Source: Alphaproteobacteria bacterium (GTDB taxonomy: Bacteria > Pseudomonadota > Alphaproteobacteria > JBBDQX01). From it: a DNA stretch of 64,000 nucleotides. How positions within the stretch are numbered: the first letter of the stretch is position 1; every line of letters begins with the position of its first letter. Shown piece after piece: positions 18,603 through 27,827 of this stretch. The stretch covers positions 1,192,523 through 1,256,522 of the forward strand of contig OZ271840.1 in assembly GCA_965601735.1 (NCBI GenBank), written 5' to 3'. The notes beneath the pieces were generated by a model. That model worked only from the letters and a program-made list of their open reading frames with translations, was not told the DNA's origin and did no database searches. A program made the translations under genes and the position numbers.

Positions 18603-20996
18603 TCAGCGCGCCAGCTGCGAGATGGAGAAGAACTCTTCCGGGCTGACCCGGATCGCCGCGCCGGTCGGGCAGGCGCGCACGCAGGCAGGGCCCCCGTCCA
18701 GGTCCTTGCACATGTCGCACTTCACGGCCTTCTTCGGCGACTCGGAGTCCGTCTTCTCGGCCCGCTTCGTCTTGTCCTCGCCGGGACCGTCGCCCAGCCC
18801 GAACAGCATCCAGCTCAGCAGCCCCGGCTTGTCGGGCTTTTCAGTCGCCATGTGGATGACGTCATAGGGGCAGTTGCGTTCGCAGTTGCCGCAGCCGATG
18901 CAGCTCTCGTCGATGAACACCTCGCCGTCGGGGGCGCGGTGGATCGCGTCCGGCGGGCAGTCGGCCATGCAATGGGGATGCTCGCAATGCCGGCAGGACG
19001 TCGGCACATGGATGGTGGCGTAGGTTGGCCCCGCCTCGCGGTCGAGCCGCGACGTGCCGCCGTGGGTCTCGGCGCAGGCCTTCTCGCAGTTGTCGCAGGC
19101 GATGCAGAGCGACTCGTCGATCAGCAGCATGTCGGTGGCTTCGCCGATGCCCTGCTCGACCAGGAACTGGATGATGTTGCCGGCCTCGGGCTGCGCCTCC
19201 ATGGCCTCGGATTCCACCAGCCGGGTCAGCAGCCGGTCCTCGACCTCGCGGCGCAGCGCCGGATCGACCTGCATCAGCCCCTGGAACACGCTGCCTTCGA
19301 GCCAGATCGTCTCGCACGCCACGGCGGCCCGCACGGTGCCGTTGCGCGGCGCGTTGTTGAGCAGCCCCATCTCGCCGACATAGTGGCCCGCCGGCACGTA
19401 GGCGATGACCACCTCCTGGCCGCCGATCTCGCGCGAGACGGTGACCGAGCCGCGCTGGATGAGGTAGACGCCGTCGGCCTCGTCGCCCTCGCTGAACAGC
19501 AGCTCGTCCTTCTTGAAGCGGCGGATCTCGGCGGTCTCGACCACCGGGCTCAGGGTATCGGCGCTGAGGTTGGGCGACAGGTAGGTAAGCAGCTGGCGCA
19601 CGATCGCCGCCTGGCTCAGGGTCTTCTCCACCGAGGCGACCGAGTTGATGGTCTTGATCATCGTGCGCCGCGGCGATTCCAGCAGGATGGAATGTTCCGC
19701 CGCCAGCACCGTGGCCGAGCGCCGCCGCCCCTGCAGCAGGCCCATCTCGCCAAAGAAGTTGCCGCGCCCGAGGCCGACCCGCTGGGTGTCGTCGTCCGGG
19801 TCGATGAGGATCTCGACCCCACCCTCGACGATCATGAAGAAGGAGTTGGTGTAGTCGTTGCGCTCGAACACCGTGTCCCCGGGCTTGGGGAAGTGGAAGC
19901 TGCTGTCGATGAGGAACTCGCGCAGCTGCAGGGTGGTCAGGCCGCTCAGCAGCGGCACGCTGGTGCGGATATGCTCCAGCAGCTCGTCGACCGTGTGCTG
20001 CTCCAGCAGCGGCCCGAACTTCTCTTCCAGCAGCGGCTCGTCGGCGGGCTTCACCTCATTGCCGAGGATGAACTCAACCACCTCGTAGCCCTGGTTCATC
20101 GCCTGTTTGATCAGCGGATAGCCGCCAAGCGCGCCGATGATGTAGAGGCCGGGGACGTTGGATTCGTAATTGGCGCTGAGCTCCGGCAGGGCCGCGGGGT
20201 CCTTGCTCGGGAACTCAATGCCGCAGGCCTCGACGAAGCGCCGCGGCGGGATCGCGCCAAGCCGCGCGATCACCCGGTCGCATTCGACGACCGCCTCGCC
20301 GTCGGGCACCGACAGCACCATGGCGCCGGGCTGCACACGGGCCGGGTTGGCGTTGTAGTAGCACTCGATAGCGCCGCTCTCGATCGCCGCCTCGATCAGC
20401 GCCCGGTTGCCGTCCTTGGCGCGGGCGAATTCATCGCGCCGGTTGACGATGGCGACCCGGTTCTGGTGGGCCAGGCCGATGGCATTCTCGATCGCCGCGT
20501 CGCCCGCGCCGATGACGACGATGCGCTCGTCCTCATAGGCGTCAGGATCGTCGAGCTGATACTGGATACGGTCCCAGTCCGCGCCCTCGCAGTCGAGCTT
20601 GCGCAGGTTGCCTTGCAGGCCGATGGCGAGGATCACCGTCTCGGCGATGATGGTCTCGCTGCGGTTGATGGTGATCTCGAAGCCGCCGCGCTCGCCGCCA
20701 ATCGCGGTGACCTCGGCGTTGAAGCGGACATTGACGCCGGCTTTCTCGGTCTCGTCGTCCCAGGCGCCCAGGATCGCCTCGCGCTTACCGGCCTCGAAAG
20801 ACATGGTCGAGCGCAGCGGCAGCACGTCCGGCGTCGCCATGACGTGCTTGCCCTTCTGGTACTTGTAGATGGTGTCGGAGAGGTGGTCGGTGCGTTCGAG
20901 CAGGATGTGCGAAACGCCGTGCTCAGCCGCACGGCCGGCGGCACTCATGCCACCCGGTCCGGATCCGACGATCGCGATCCGATACGTCTCCGTCAT
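18603..20996 (-). CDS. FAD/NAD(P)H oxidoreductase fused to two cNMP-binding domains and a 4x[4Fe-4S] (DmsB-like) domain
   Basis: IVGSGPGG and VIGAGDAAIE Rossmann motifs, SNVPGLYIIG; FGEMGLL...RSATV and VGEMGLL...RNGTV; CIACDNCEKAC, CRHCEHPHCMADCP, CIGCGNCERNCP, KCDMC...PACVRACP. Confidence 0.9.
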   Translation of the reverse strand: MTETYRIAIVGSGPGGMSAAGRAAEHGVSHILLERTDHLSDTIYKYQKGKHVMATPDVLPLRSTMSFEAGKREAILGAWDDETEKAGVNVRFNAEVTAIGGERGGFEITINRSETIIAETVILAIGLQGNLRKLDCEGADWDRIQYQLDDPDAYEDERIVVIGAGDAAIENAIGLAHQNRVAIVNRRDEFARAKDGNRALIEAAIESGAIECYYNANPARVQPGAMVLSVPDGEAVVECDRVIARLGAIPPRRFVEACGIEFPSKDPAALPELSANYESNVPGLYIIGALGGYPLIKQAMNQGYEVVEFILGNEVKPADEPLLEEKFGPLLEQHTVDELLEHIRTSVPLLSGLTTLQLREFLIDSSFHFPKPGDTVFERNDYTNSFFMIVEGGVEILIDPDDDTQRVGLGRGNFFGEMGLLQGRRRSATVLAAEHSILLESPRRTMIKTINSVASVEKTLSQAAIVRQLLTYLSPNLSADTLSPVVETAEIRRFKKDELLFSEGDEADGVYLIQRGSVTVSREIGGQEVVIAYVPAGHYVGEMGLLNNAPRNGTVRAAVACETIWLEGSVFQGLMQVDPALRREVEDRLLTRLVESEAMEAQPEAGNIIQFLVEQGIGEATDMLLIDESLCIACDNCEKACAETHGGTSRLDREAGPTYATIHVPTSCRHCEHPHCMADCPPDAIHRAPDGEVFIDESCIGCGNCERNCPYDVIHMATEKPDKPGLLSWMLFGLGDGPGEDKTKRAEKTDSESPKKAVKCDMCKDLDGGPACVRACPTGAAIRVSPEEFFSISQLAR

Positions 20997-21162
20997 CCAC
21001 AATTCGGCGCGTGCGGACCCATTGCCCCCGGCCGCCGCGCCGTCCCCCATCTCTTATCGCTACAAGGCTAGGAGCCGGGCAGAACCGAGGCAAGCCATAA
21101 AGGCGCTTGACCAAGGGCTTGCGGCCTGTTTGGGCGGCCGTCCCGCGATCTTGCAGCGCCGC

Positions 21163-21897
21163 CTAGAGCGCCGCGCGGGCGACCGACATGCCGCCGTCCA
21201 CATAGATCACCTGGCCGGTGACGAAGGCGGCGTCGTCTGACAGCAGCCAGCCGCACAGGGACGCCACCTCGCGTGGGGTGCCCATGCGGCCCATCGGCAC
21301 ATCGCCCTTGCGGTCGTCGCGCAGCAGCTTGGCCGGCGCGTCGGCATCAAGCAGCAGGTCTGTGCGGATCGGCCCCGGCGCGATGCAGTTCACGGTAATG
21401 CCGTCGCCTGCCGTCTCCAGCGCCCAGGAACGGGTGAAGCCGGCGAGCCCCGCCTTGGTCGCCCCGTAGGCACCCCGCCCGGCGCGCCCCAGCGAGGCCC
21501 GGCTGCCGATATTGACGATGCGCCCGCGCCCGCGCGTCCGCATCCCCGGCAGGCAGGCGCGCGCGCAGATCAGCGCGGCGGCGAGGTTGACCGCCACCAT
21601 GGCGTCGAGATCATCAAGCGGCCCGTCGCCCGGCGCATCCAGCGGCGCCTGGCGGTCGAGTCCGGCATTGTTGACGAGGTGGTCGACAGGCCCGTCAGCG
21701 AGGATGTCCGCCAGCGCCGCCTCGGCGGCCGCCCGGTCGGCCAGGTCGACCGCCACATGACGGCCCCGGAAGGCTGCGTCCGGTGCGGTGCGGGACAGGC
21801 CGATGACGTCATGGCCCGCCTCCAACAGCCATTCGGCGATGGCGCGGCCGATGCCCCGGCTGGCCCCGGTGACGATGCTGAGCGGCGGGGCGCTCAC
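21163..21897 (-). CDS. Short-chain dehydrogenase/reductase
   Basis: TGASRGIG, NNAG, YGATK, NCIAPG, VDGG. Confidence 0.93.
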   Translation of the reverse strand: MSAPPLSIVTGASRGIGRAIAEWLLEAGHDVIGLSRTAPDAAFRGRHVAVDLADRAAAEAALADILADGPVDHLVNNAGLDRQAPLDAPGDGPLDDLDAMVAVNLAAALICARACLPGMRTRGRGRIVNIGSRASLGRAGRGAYGATKAGLAGFTRSWALETAGDGITVNCIAPGPIRTDLLLDADAPAKLLRDDRKGDVPMGRMGTPREVASLCGWLLSDDAAFVTGQVIYVDGGMSVARAAL

Positions 21898-22001
21898 CGC
21901 CGAGCGGTCCGGAAAGTCTTTTCCATCGGCTCAGCAAAACCGCTCCGGCGGCCGGGCGCAACTGCTAGCATGCGTCCCTGATCCGCCCGCAGGAGCCCGC
22001 C

Positions 22002-23744
22002 ATGCCCCGCTTGCTTCCCGCCGTGACCGCCGCCGCGCTGGCCCTCTCGCTGGCGCAGCCCGCCGCCGCCCAGACCCGGGCAGCGCCGGAGATCGCCACC
22101 GGCTTCGCGCCGCGGGCGCCGGTCACCGCAAACCGCTTCATGGCGGTCACCGCCAATCCCCATGCCAGCAGCGCCGCGGTGGCGATGCTGAAGGCCGGCG
22201 GCAGCGCCGTGGATGCGGCGATTGCCGCGCAGATGGTGCTCAACCTGGTGGAGCCGCAATCGTCGGGCATCGGCGGCGGCGGCTTCCTGCTGCACTGGGA
22301 CGCGGCGGCCGGGCGGCTCGACAGTTATGACGGGCGCGAGACCGCGCCGGCGGCGGCCACGCCGGACCGCTTCCTGCGCGACGGCAAGCCGATGAAGTTC
22401 CGCGAGGCGGTGCCCGGCGGCCTGTCGGTGGGCGTACCCGGACTGTTGCGGATGCTCGAGATGGCGCATCAGCGCCATGGCCAACTGCCCTGGGCGGACC
22501 TGTTCGCGCCGGCCATCGCGCTGGCCCGCGACGGCTTTGCCGTCTCGCCCCGGCTGTCGCGGCTGATCGCGTCCGACCCGTTCCTGCCGCGCTTCGCTGC
22601 CAGCCGCGCCTATTTCCTCGATGCGGCGGGGGAGCCGCTCAAAGCTGGCGTGACGCTGCGGAATCCAGCCTTCGCCGAGACCCTCACCCGTATCGCGCGG
22701 GAGGGGGCGGACGCACTGCATACCGGCCCCATCGCGGCGGCCATCGTCGCCGCGGTGCGCGGGGCGTCGGTCAATCCGGGCGACATTACCCCGGCGGACC
22801 TCGCCGGCTACCGCGCGGTGCGGCGCGATCCGGTCTGCATCGGCTATCGCGCCTACCAGGTCTGCGGCATGCCGCCGCCGACATCCGGCGGGGTGGCAGT
22901 GCTGCAGATGCTGAAGCTGCTGGAGCCGTTCGACATCGGCGGGCTCGACCCGCTGTCGGCGGACTGGGCGCATCTGATTTCCGAGGCCGGGCGCCTCGCC
23001 TTCGCCGACCGCAACCTCTATCTCGCTGACCCGGACTTTGTCCGCGTGCCGGTCGAGGGGCTGCTGGATGTCGGCTACCTGCTGCGCCGCGCCGCGACCA
23101 TCGATGTGGGCTCCGCCATCGGCAAGGCCCAGCCTGGCGACCCGCCGGACAAGGCCGGGCTCGACTGGGCGCCGGGGCAGGCGGCCGACCTGCCGTCCAC
23201 CACGCACCTGTCCATCGTCGATGGGGCGGGCAACGTGGTCTCCATGACCAGCTCCATCGAGAGCCAGTTCGGCTCCGGCCTGTTCGTGCGCGGCTTCCTG
23301 CTCAACAACGAGCTGACCGACTTCTCCTTCCGGCCGGTGCGCGACGGGCGCACGGTCGCCAACCGGGTCGAGCCGGGCAAGCGGCCGCGCAGCTCCATGG
23401 CGCCGATCCTGGTGCTGCGGGGCGGCAGTCCGGCCCTCGCCATCGGCTCGCCGGGGGGCAGCCGCATCATCGGTTACGTGGCGCGCGCCACCATGGCGAT
23501 CCTCGACAACGGGCTCGATCCCCAGGCGGCGGTCTCGTTGCCCCATGTGGTCAACCGCAACGGCGCCACCGATCTGGAGCAGGACACCGCGGCGGTGCGG
23601 ATGAAGCCGGGGCTGGAGGCGCTGGGCCATGAGGTGCGGCTGCGCGCCATGACCAGCGGCCTGCACGCCATCGCCATCGCGCCCGACGGCACGCTCACCG
23701 GCGGCGCCGATCCGCGCCGCGAGGGCGCGGCGATGGGGGAGTAA
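22002..23744 (+). CDS. ggt: Periplasmic gamma-glutamyltransferase
   Basis: Signal peptide; EPQSSGIGGG, DGRETAP, nucleophile TTHLS, LNNELTDFS, PGKRPRSSMAP, GSPGG, ADPRREG. Confidence 0.93.
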   Translation: MPRLLPAVTAAALALSLAQPAAAQTRAAPEIATGFAPRAPVTANRFMAVTANPHASSAAVAMLKAGGSAVDAAIAAQMVLNLVEPQSSGIGGGGFLLHWDAAAGRLDSYDGRETAPAAATPDRFLRDGKPMKFREAVPGGLSVGVPGLLRMLEMAHQRHGQLPWADLFAPAIALARDGFAVSPRLSRLIASDPFLPRFAASRAYFLDAAGEPLKAGVTLRNPAFAETLTRIAREGADALHTGPIAAAIVAAVRGASVNPGDITPADLAGYRAVRRDPVCIGYRAYQVCGMPPPTSGGVAVLQMLKLLEPFDIGGLDPLSADWAHLISEAGRLAFADRNLYLADPDFVRVPVEGLLDVGYLLRRAATIDVGSAIGKAQPGDPPDKAGLDWAPGQAADLPSTTHLSIVDGAGNVVSMTSSIESQFGSGLFVRGFLLNNELTDFSFRPVRDGRTVANRVEPGKRPRSSMAPILVLRGGSPALAIGSPGGSRIIGYVARATMAILDNGLDPQAAVSLPHVVNRNGATDLEQDTAAVRMKPGLEALGHEVRLRAMTSGLHAIAIAPDGTLTGGADPRREGAAMGE

Positions 23745-23932
23745 GGGATTCCCAAGAAGAGAGCCTTAGAACGGCAACTTGAGGACGATCTCCCAGGCGC
23801 GTAGATGCGACAGAAAATCAAGAAATCCGCGAATTAAACGCGCGTTTTTTCAATCTGAGCGGGTTTTAAATCGCTTGTAACCACCGAGAGAAGAAATCAC
23901 CATCTTCGTTAAATCGAGGAACGGAGTAGGTG

Positions 23933-24544
23933 ATGTATCAACATCTGAAGCGAAGAAGAGGTCGCCCCCTTGGGTCTGGAATTGATGACTCGGTTTATCT
24001 GAACCAGATTGCAGACCTTAAGTTTGAGAACCCTAAGTTGAGTACGTCATCGGCGGCAAAGCGTGTTCGCAAAAGGGCAGGCTCTACCCTGCAGCATGTG
24101 ACTGAGCCTACCTTTGTCAGGCGTATGCAAAGGAAATGGAACGAGAGTGAGAGCCAGTTGCTAGTTGCCGCAGAGAAACGCCGCGCTGAAGCACTCAATG
24201 CAGAATCACGGATTGACGCCACGCTTAACATGTCTTCCTTGGTCGGCTGGCTACCTGAAGGGTTGCCTGCAGCAACCATCGCAAGGTGTGTGCAGATGGC
24301 ACTTTCGATTGCAGAACGAAACGCAATAAATGAAGCGATAGGGCTGGACGCTCAAACCATGAAGACGATGTCCGCAATGACCCCCTACTCAGCATATTCT
24401 CTCAATCACCGTTGTTCTCCTCTTCATCCTCCTGATAGTTCGGTGCTTGAGGAAGCGATCAGGCTCCACGAGTCTGGTTTTCAAGATGAGGCGAGTGAGC
24501 TTGCTGAACTTTATCGTGATTCGTTGCTCCGGGGATGGAGATAG
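23933..24544 (+). CDS. AT-rich hypothetical protein with basic RGRP (AT-hook-like) N-terminus
   Basis: About 203-aa ORF with AT-rich codons and an upstream GGAG; KRRRGRPLGSGIDD N-terminus. Confidence 0.6.
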   Translation: MYQHLKRRRGRPLGSGIDDSVYLNQIADLKFENPKLSTSSAAKRVRKRAGSTLQHVTEPTFVRRMQRKWNESESQLLVAAEKRRAEALNAESRIDATLNMSSLVGWLPEGLPAATIARCVQMALSIAERNAINEAIGLDAQTMKTMSAMTPYSAYSLNHRCSPLHPPDSSVLEEAIRLHESGFQDEASELAELYRDSLLRGWR

Positions 24545-24599
24545 AGACGGAGATCAGCCAGCCCGTGCATCTCGACCGTAATGCAAGAGTGCCCGGCGG

Positions 24600-24692
24600 T
24601 TAGCCGCCCCCACCTATGAAGAACAGCATGATGATGGCGGCGAGCACGGCGGCCCAGATCGCGATCTTGGTCTGGGATGGGCGGCCCGCCAT
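24600..24692 (-). CDS. Putative 30-aa single-TM small protein
   Basis: Hand translation gives MAGRPSQTKIAIWAAVLAAIIMLFFIGGGG*; starts 5 nt after the pagL-like stop; GC-rich third codon positions. Confidence 0.5.
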   Translation of the reverse strand: MAGRPSQTKIAIWAAVLAAIIMLFFIGGGG

Positions 24693-24697
24693 CGGGC

Positions 24698-25267
24698 TCA
24701 GAACCGCAGGTGGTACTTGATGCCGAGATTCTCGACGCCGTCGTTCTCGTCGCACAGGCTGGCGTTCGACATGTGGTCGACGGCCAGCTCGATGGCGTCG
24801 CCGTTCGGCAGCCGGTAGCCGAGGCCGATGCTCTCGCGGAACAGCAGCGGGCAGCCCAGCGCGCGCTTGTCGGGGACGTTGCCCTCGGTCTCGCCGTCAT
24901 GGACGCCGCCGCCGAAGAAGGCGCTGATGAAGATCGGCCCGGCGATGTCGAAGTCCCAGGTGACGCCGGCATAGACCGCGCTGGTGTCGCCGGCGGTATT
25001 TAGCGAGAAGCCCGCCGTCGGGCGCGGCGACCAGATCCAGTCGAGCCAGGCTGGCGAGCGGCCCAGCACCTCGATGCCGAGGTTGGCGCCGCCTTCCTCG
25101 TCATTGTCGGTGAATTCCGGATTGTGGATCTGCGCCGCGAAGCGCATCTCGACCACCGACGGGTGCGGCTGCGCCGGGCGCGATGTGTCGACGGCCTGGG
25201 CCGCGGCGGTGGCGGGCAGCACAACGAGAAAGGCGAGCGCGGCAAGCGCGCGGAACACGAACGGCAT
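24698..25267 (-). CDS. Lipid A 3-O-deacylase (PagL-like/acyloxyacyl hydrolase) beta-barrel
   Basis: Signal peptide; LGCPLLFRESIGLGY; DHMSNASLCDENDG (H-x-S-N); terminal YHLRF. Confidence 0.85.
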   Translation of the reverse strand: MPFVFRALAALAFLVVLPATAAAQAVDTSRPAQPHPSVVEMRFAAQIHNPEFTDNDEEGGANLGIEVLGRSPAWLDWIWSPRPTAGFSLNTAGDTSAVYAGVTWDFDIAGPIFISAFFGGGVHDGETEGNVPDKRALGCPLLFRESIGLGYRLPNGDAIELAVDHMSNASLCDENDGVENLGIKYHLRF

Positions 25268-25421
25268 CACAGTCACGAAAGCACCCTGAAAGAATCCCCG
25301 CTCCTGATTACGACAGCCGGGGCGGGGGATCAACGGGGCGGGCAACCGATGCGGCGCATTGCCCGGGCAAGGACGCCCACTAAACCTGATTTGAAAAACT
25401 TCGAGAGGGCATAATGCGGTT

Positions 25422-26126
25422 ATGACCAAATCTGAACAACACGCTCAGCATGTGATCTCGACGATTCAGCACCTCAGATTCGATTTTGAGGACGCCTGTA
25501 ACGTGGAAGCGTTGTTGATTGCTCTTGATGATATTGCTGAGCAGGCGGATAGCGTTGCTGGGAAGAAAGATATCCTTGGCTCACTCTCGCTCTTGCAGAA
25601 GAGCCTTGTCGGTCGCCTGATCCTAACTCTCGCGCGTGCCTACGATCCTTGGACCAAGAAAAACCCCGACCGCATGAGCTTGCCGGCTATTTATTGGCTA
25701 GTTGACAATGATTTAGGATGTAAGAAATTATTGATTACTGAAGTAGATCTAGAGAAATCTTATAAAAATGCTAGAAAATCCTACAAGAGGGCATTAAGAG
25801 CCCAATCCTTTCGCGGTGTTGAATTCGCCATCGAGAATCACTCCAAGCTTTCTCCGCAAGAACTAGACGAGGAACTTTCGAAGTTCTTTCTGACAAAACT
25901 GATACGAACTCCAAGAGATCAGGTTCTGGCGCACAATCTGCGGGACAATGGCTCAATGCATCCCACAGTCAATGACCTAAAGATGCTGCTAGACGTCACG
26001 CTCGAACAGGTTGAGATTTTGTCGAGTGCGTTTGGCGGCATATCTGTTCGCTTCGATGCCGCGAGAGCCGTCTCTCGAAAAAGAGCAACTCGCTTCAGTG
26101 CATCTTTTGGACGTCCCCGGCCATGA
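25422..26126 (+). CDS. AT-rich HEPN (AbiU2-like) domain protein, candidate RNase
   Basis: Helical protein with RLILTLARAYD and an R-x5-H motif, RDQVLAH; codon usage unlike its neighbours. Confidence 0.6.
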   Translation: MTKSEQHAQHVISTIQHLRFDFEDACNVEALLIALDDIAEQADSVAGKKDILGSLSLLQKSLVGRLILTLARAYDPWTKKNPDRMSLPAIYWLVDNDLGCKKLLITEVDLEKSYKNARKSYKRALRAQSFRGVEFAIENHSKLSPQELDEELSKFFLTKLIRTPRDQVLAHNLRDNGSMHPTVNDLKMLLDVTLEQVEILSSAFGGISVRFDAARAVSRKRATRFSASFGRPRP

Positions 26127-26136
26127 AGGCGCATCT

Positions 26137-26925
26137 GTGTTGACTGATAGCCCTGTGAAAATCTCCGACGATGGCGGTATCCGCCGCCTCGTCCTCAACC
26201 GGCCCGACAAGCACAACGCCTTCGACGATGCGCTGGTCGCCGCCCTGTCGGATGCGCTGGATGCGGCCGCCGCGGACGACGCGGTGCGCGCGGTGGTGCT
26301 GTCCGGTGACGGCCCCAGTTTCTGCGCCGGCGCGGATATCAGCGTGATGCGCCGCAGCGGCACCCTGTCCCGCGACGAGAACATCGCCGAGGCCGCCGCG
26401 CTGGGCGCGATGATGCACAAGGTCTACATGCTGCCCCGCCCGGTGGTCGCCCTGGTGCATGGCGCGGCTTATGGCGGTGGCACCGGCCTGGTCGCCGCCG
26501 CCGACATCGCGATTGCCGACGCCGGCGCGAAGTTCCGCTTCTCCGAGGTGGCGCTCGGGCTGGTGCCCGGCGTGATCTCGCCCTATGTGCTGCGTGCGCT
26601 CGGCGAACGTCAGGCGCGCCGCCTGTTCCTCACCGCCGAACCGTTCGGCGCGGCGGAGGCCCAGCGCGTCGGGCTGGTGCACGAGGTGGTGCCCGAGGGC
26701 GGGCTGGAGGACCGGCTGGCGGAGCTGGTGAAGCTGTTCGCCGGCAACGCGCCCGGCGCCATGGCCGGGTCCAAGGCGCTGGTGCGCGAGGTCGGCGGCC
26801 GCGCCATCGACGACGAGACGCTGGCCCTGGTCGCCGGGAAGCTCGCCGATGTGCGCATGCTGCCCGAGGCGCAGGAAGGGCTCGCCGCGTTCCTGGAGAA
26901 GCGGCGCCCGGCCTGGAAGGCATGA
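26137..26925 (+). CDS. liuC: Enoyl-CoA hydratase, methylglutaconyl-CoA hydratase-like
   Basis: [50 protein letters not shown]; coupled to HMG-CoA lyase. Start GTG 26137 or TTG 26140. Confidence 0.8.
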   Translation: MLTDSPVKISDDGGIRRLVLNRPDKHNAFDDALVAALSDALDAAAADDAVRAVVLSGDGPSFCAGADISVMRRSGTLSRDENIAEAAALGAMMHKVYMLPRPVVALVHGAAYGGGTGLVAAADIAIADAGAKFRFSEVALGLVPGVISPYVLRALGERQARRLFLTAEPFGAAEAQRVGLVHEVVPEGGLEDRLAELVKLFAGNAPGAMAGSKALVREVGGRAIDDETLALVAGKLADVRMLPEAQEGLAAFLEKRRPAWKA

Positions 26926-27827
26926 GCCGCCCGGCGCGGGTGCGGATCGTCGAGGTCGGCCCGCGCGACGGGCTGCAGAACGAGCCCGCCCCGGTCTCGC
27001 CCGAGGACCGGGCGCGGCTGGTCGGCCTGCTGGCGGATGCGGGCCTCACCGACATCGAGGCGGGCAGCTTCGTCTCGCCGAAATGGGTACCGCAGATGGC
27101 GGGCACCGACGCGGTGCTGGCCGCGCTGAAGGACCGCCCCGGCCTGCGGCTGCCGGTGCTGGTGCCGAACATGAAGGGCTTCGAGGCGGCGCGGGCCGCG
27201 GGCGCGCAGGAGGTGGCGATCTTCGCCGCCGCGTCGGAAAGCTTCTCCCGGAAGAACATCAACTGTTCCATCGACGAGAGCTTCGAACGGTTCGTGCCGG
27301 TCGCCGACGCGGCAAAGGCCGCCGGCATTGCCCTGCGCGGTTATGTCTCCTGCGTCATCGACTGTCCCTACGAAGGCGCGGTGGCGCCGGCGGCGGTGGC
27401 GGCGGTGTCGGCGCGGCTCGCCGCCATGGGCTGCTACGAGGTCTCACTGGGCGACACCATCGGCACGGCGACGCCGGACCGGCTGCGCGCCACGTTGGAC
27501 GCAGTCGCCGCCGAGGTTCCGGTGGCGCAGCTCGCGGTGCATTGCCACGACACCTGGGGCCAGGCCATCGCTAACATCGCCGCGGCGCTGGAGATGGGCA
27601 TCGCCACGGTGGACAGCGCGGTCGCCGGGCTCGGCGGCTGCCCCTACGCGCCGGGCGCGGCAGGCAACGTGGCCACCGAGGACGTGGTCTATCTGCTCGA
27701 CGGGCTTGGCATAGACAGCGGCGTCGATCTCGACGCGCTGGGCGCGGCGGGGCGGTTCATCTGCGATCTGCTGGGCCGGCCGCCGGCGTCGAAGGCGGCG
27801 CGGGCGCTGGCGGCGCGCGCCGGCTAG
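26922..27827 (+). CDS. liuE: Hydroxymethylglutaryl-CoA lyase
   Basis: [51 protein letters not shown]. Confidence 0.95.
   Translation: MSRPARVRIVEVGPRDGLQNEPAPVSPEDRARLVGLLADAGLTDIEAGSFVSPKWVPQMAGTDAVLAALKDRPGLRLPVLVPNMKGFEAARAAGAQEVAIFAAASESFSRKNINCSIDESFERFVPVADAAKAAGIALRGYVSCVIDCPYEGAVAPAAVAAVSARLAAMGCYEVSLGDTIGTATPDRLRATLDAVAAEVPVAQLAVHCHDTWGQAIANIAAALEMGIATVDSAVAGLGGCPYAPGAAGNVATEDVVYLLDGLGIDSGVDLDALGAAGRFICDLLGRPPASKAARALAARAG

Noticed and set aside
18582-21071. 829-aa plus-strand ORF
   Set aside because: Mirror of the cNMP oxidoreductase with no recognisable domain.
23745-26126. Prophage, IS or integron cassette array
   Set aside because: No integrase or transposase, terminal repeats, target duplication or convincing attC pair found by eye.
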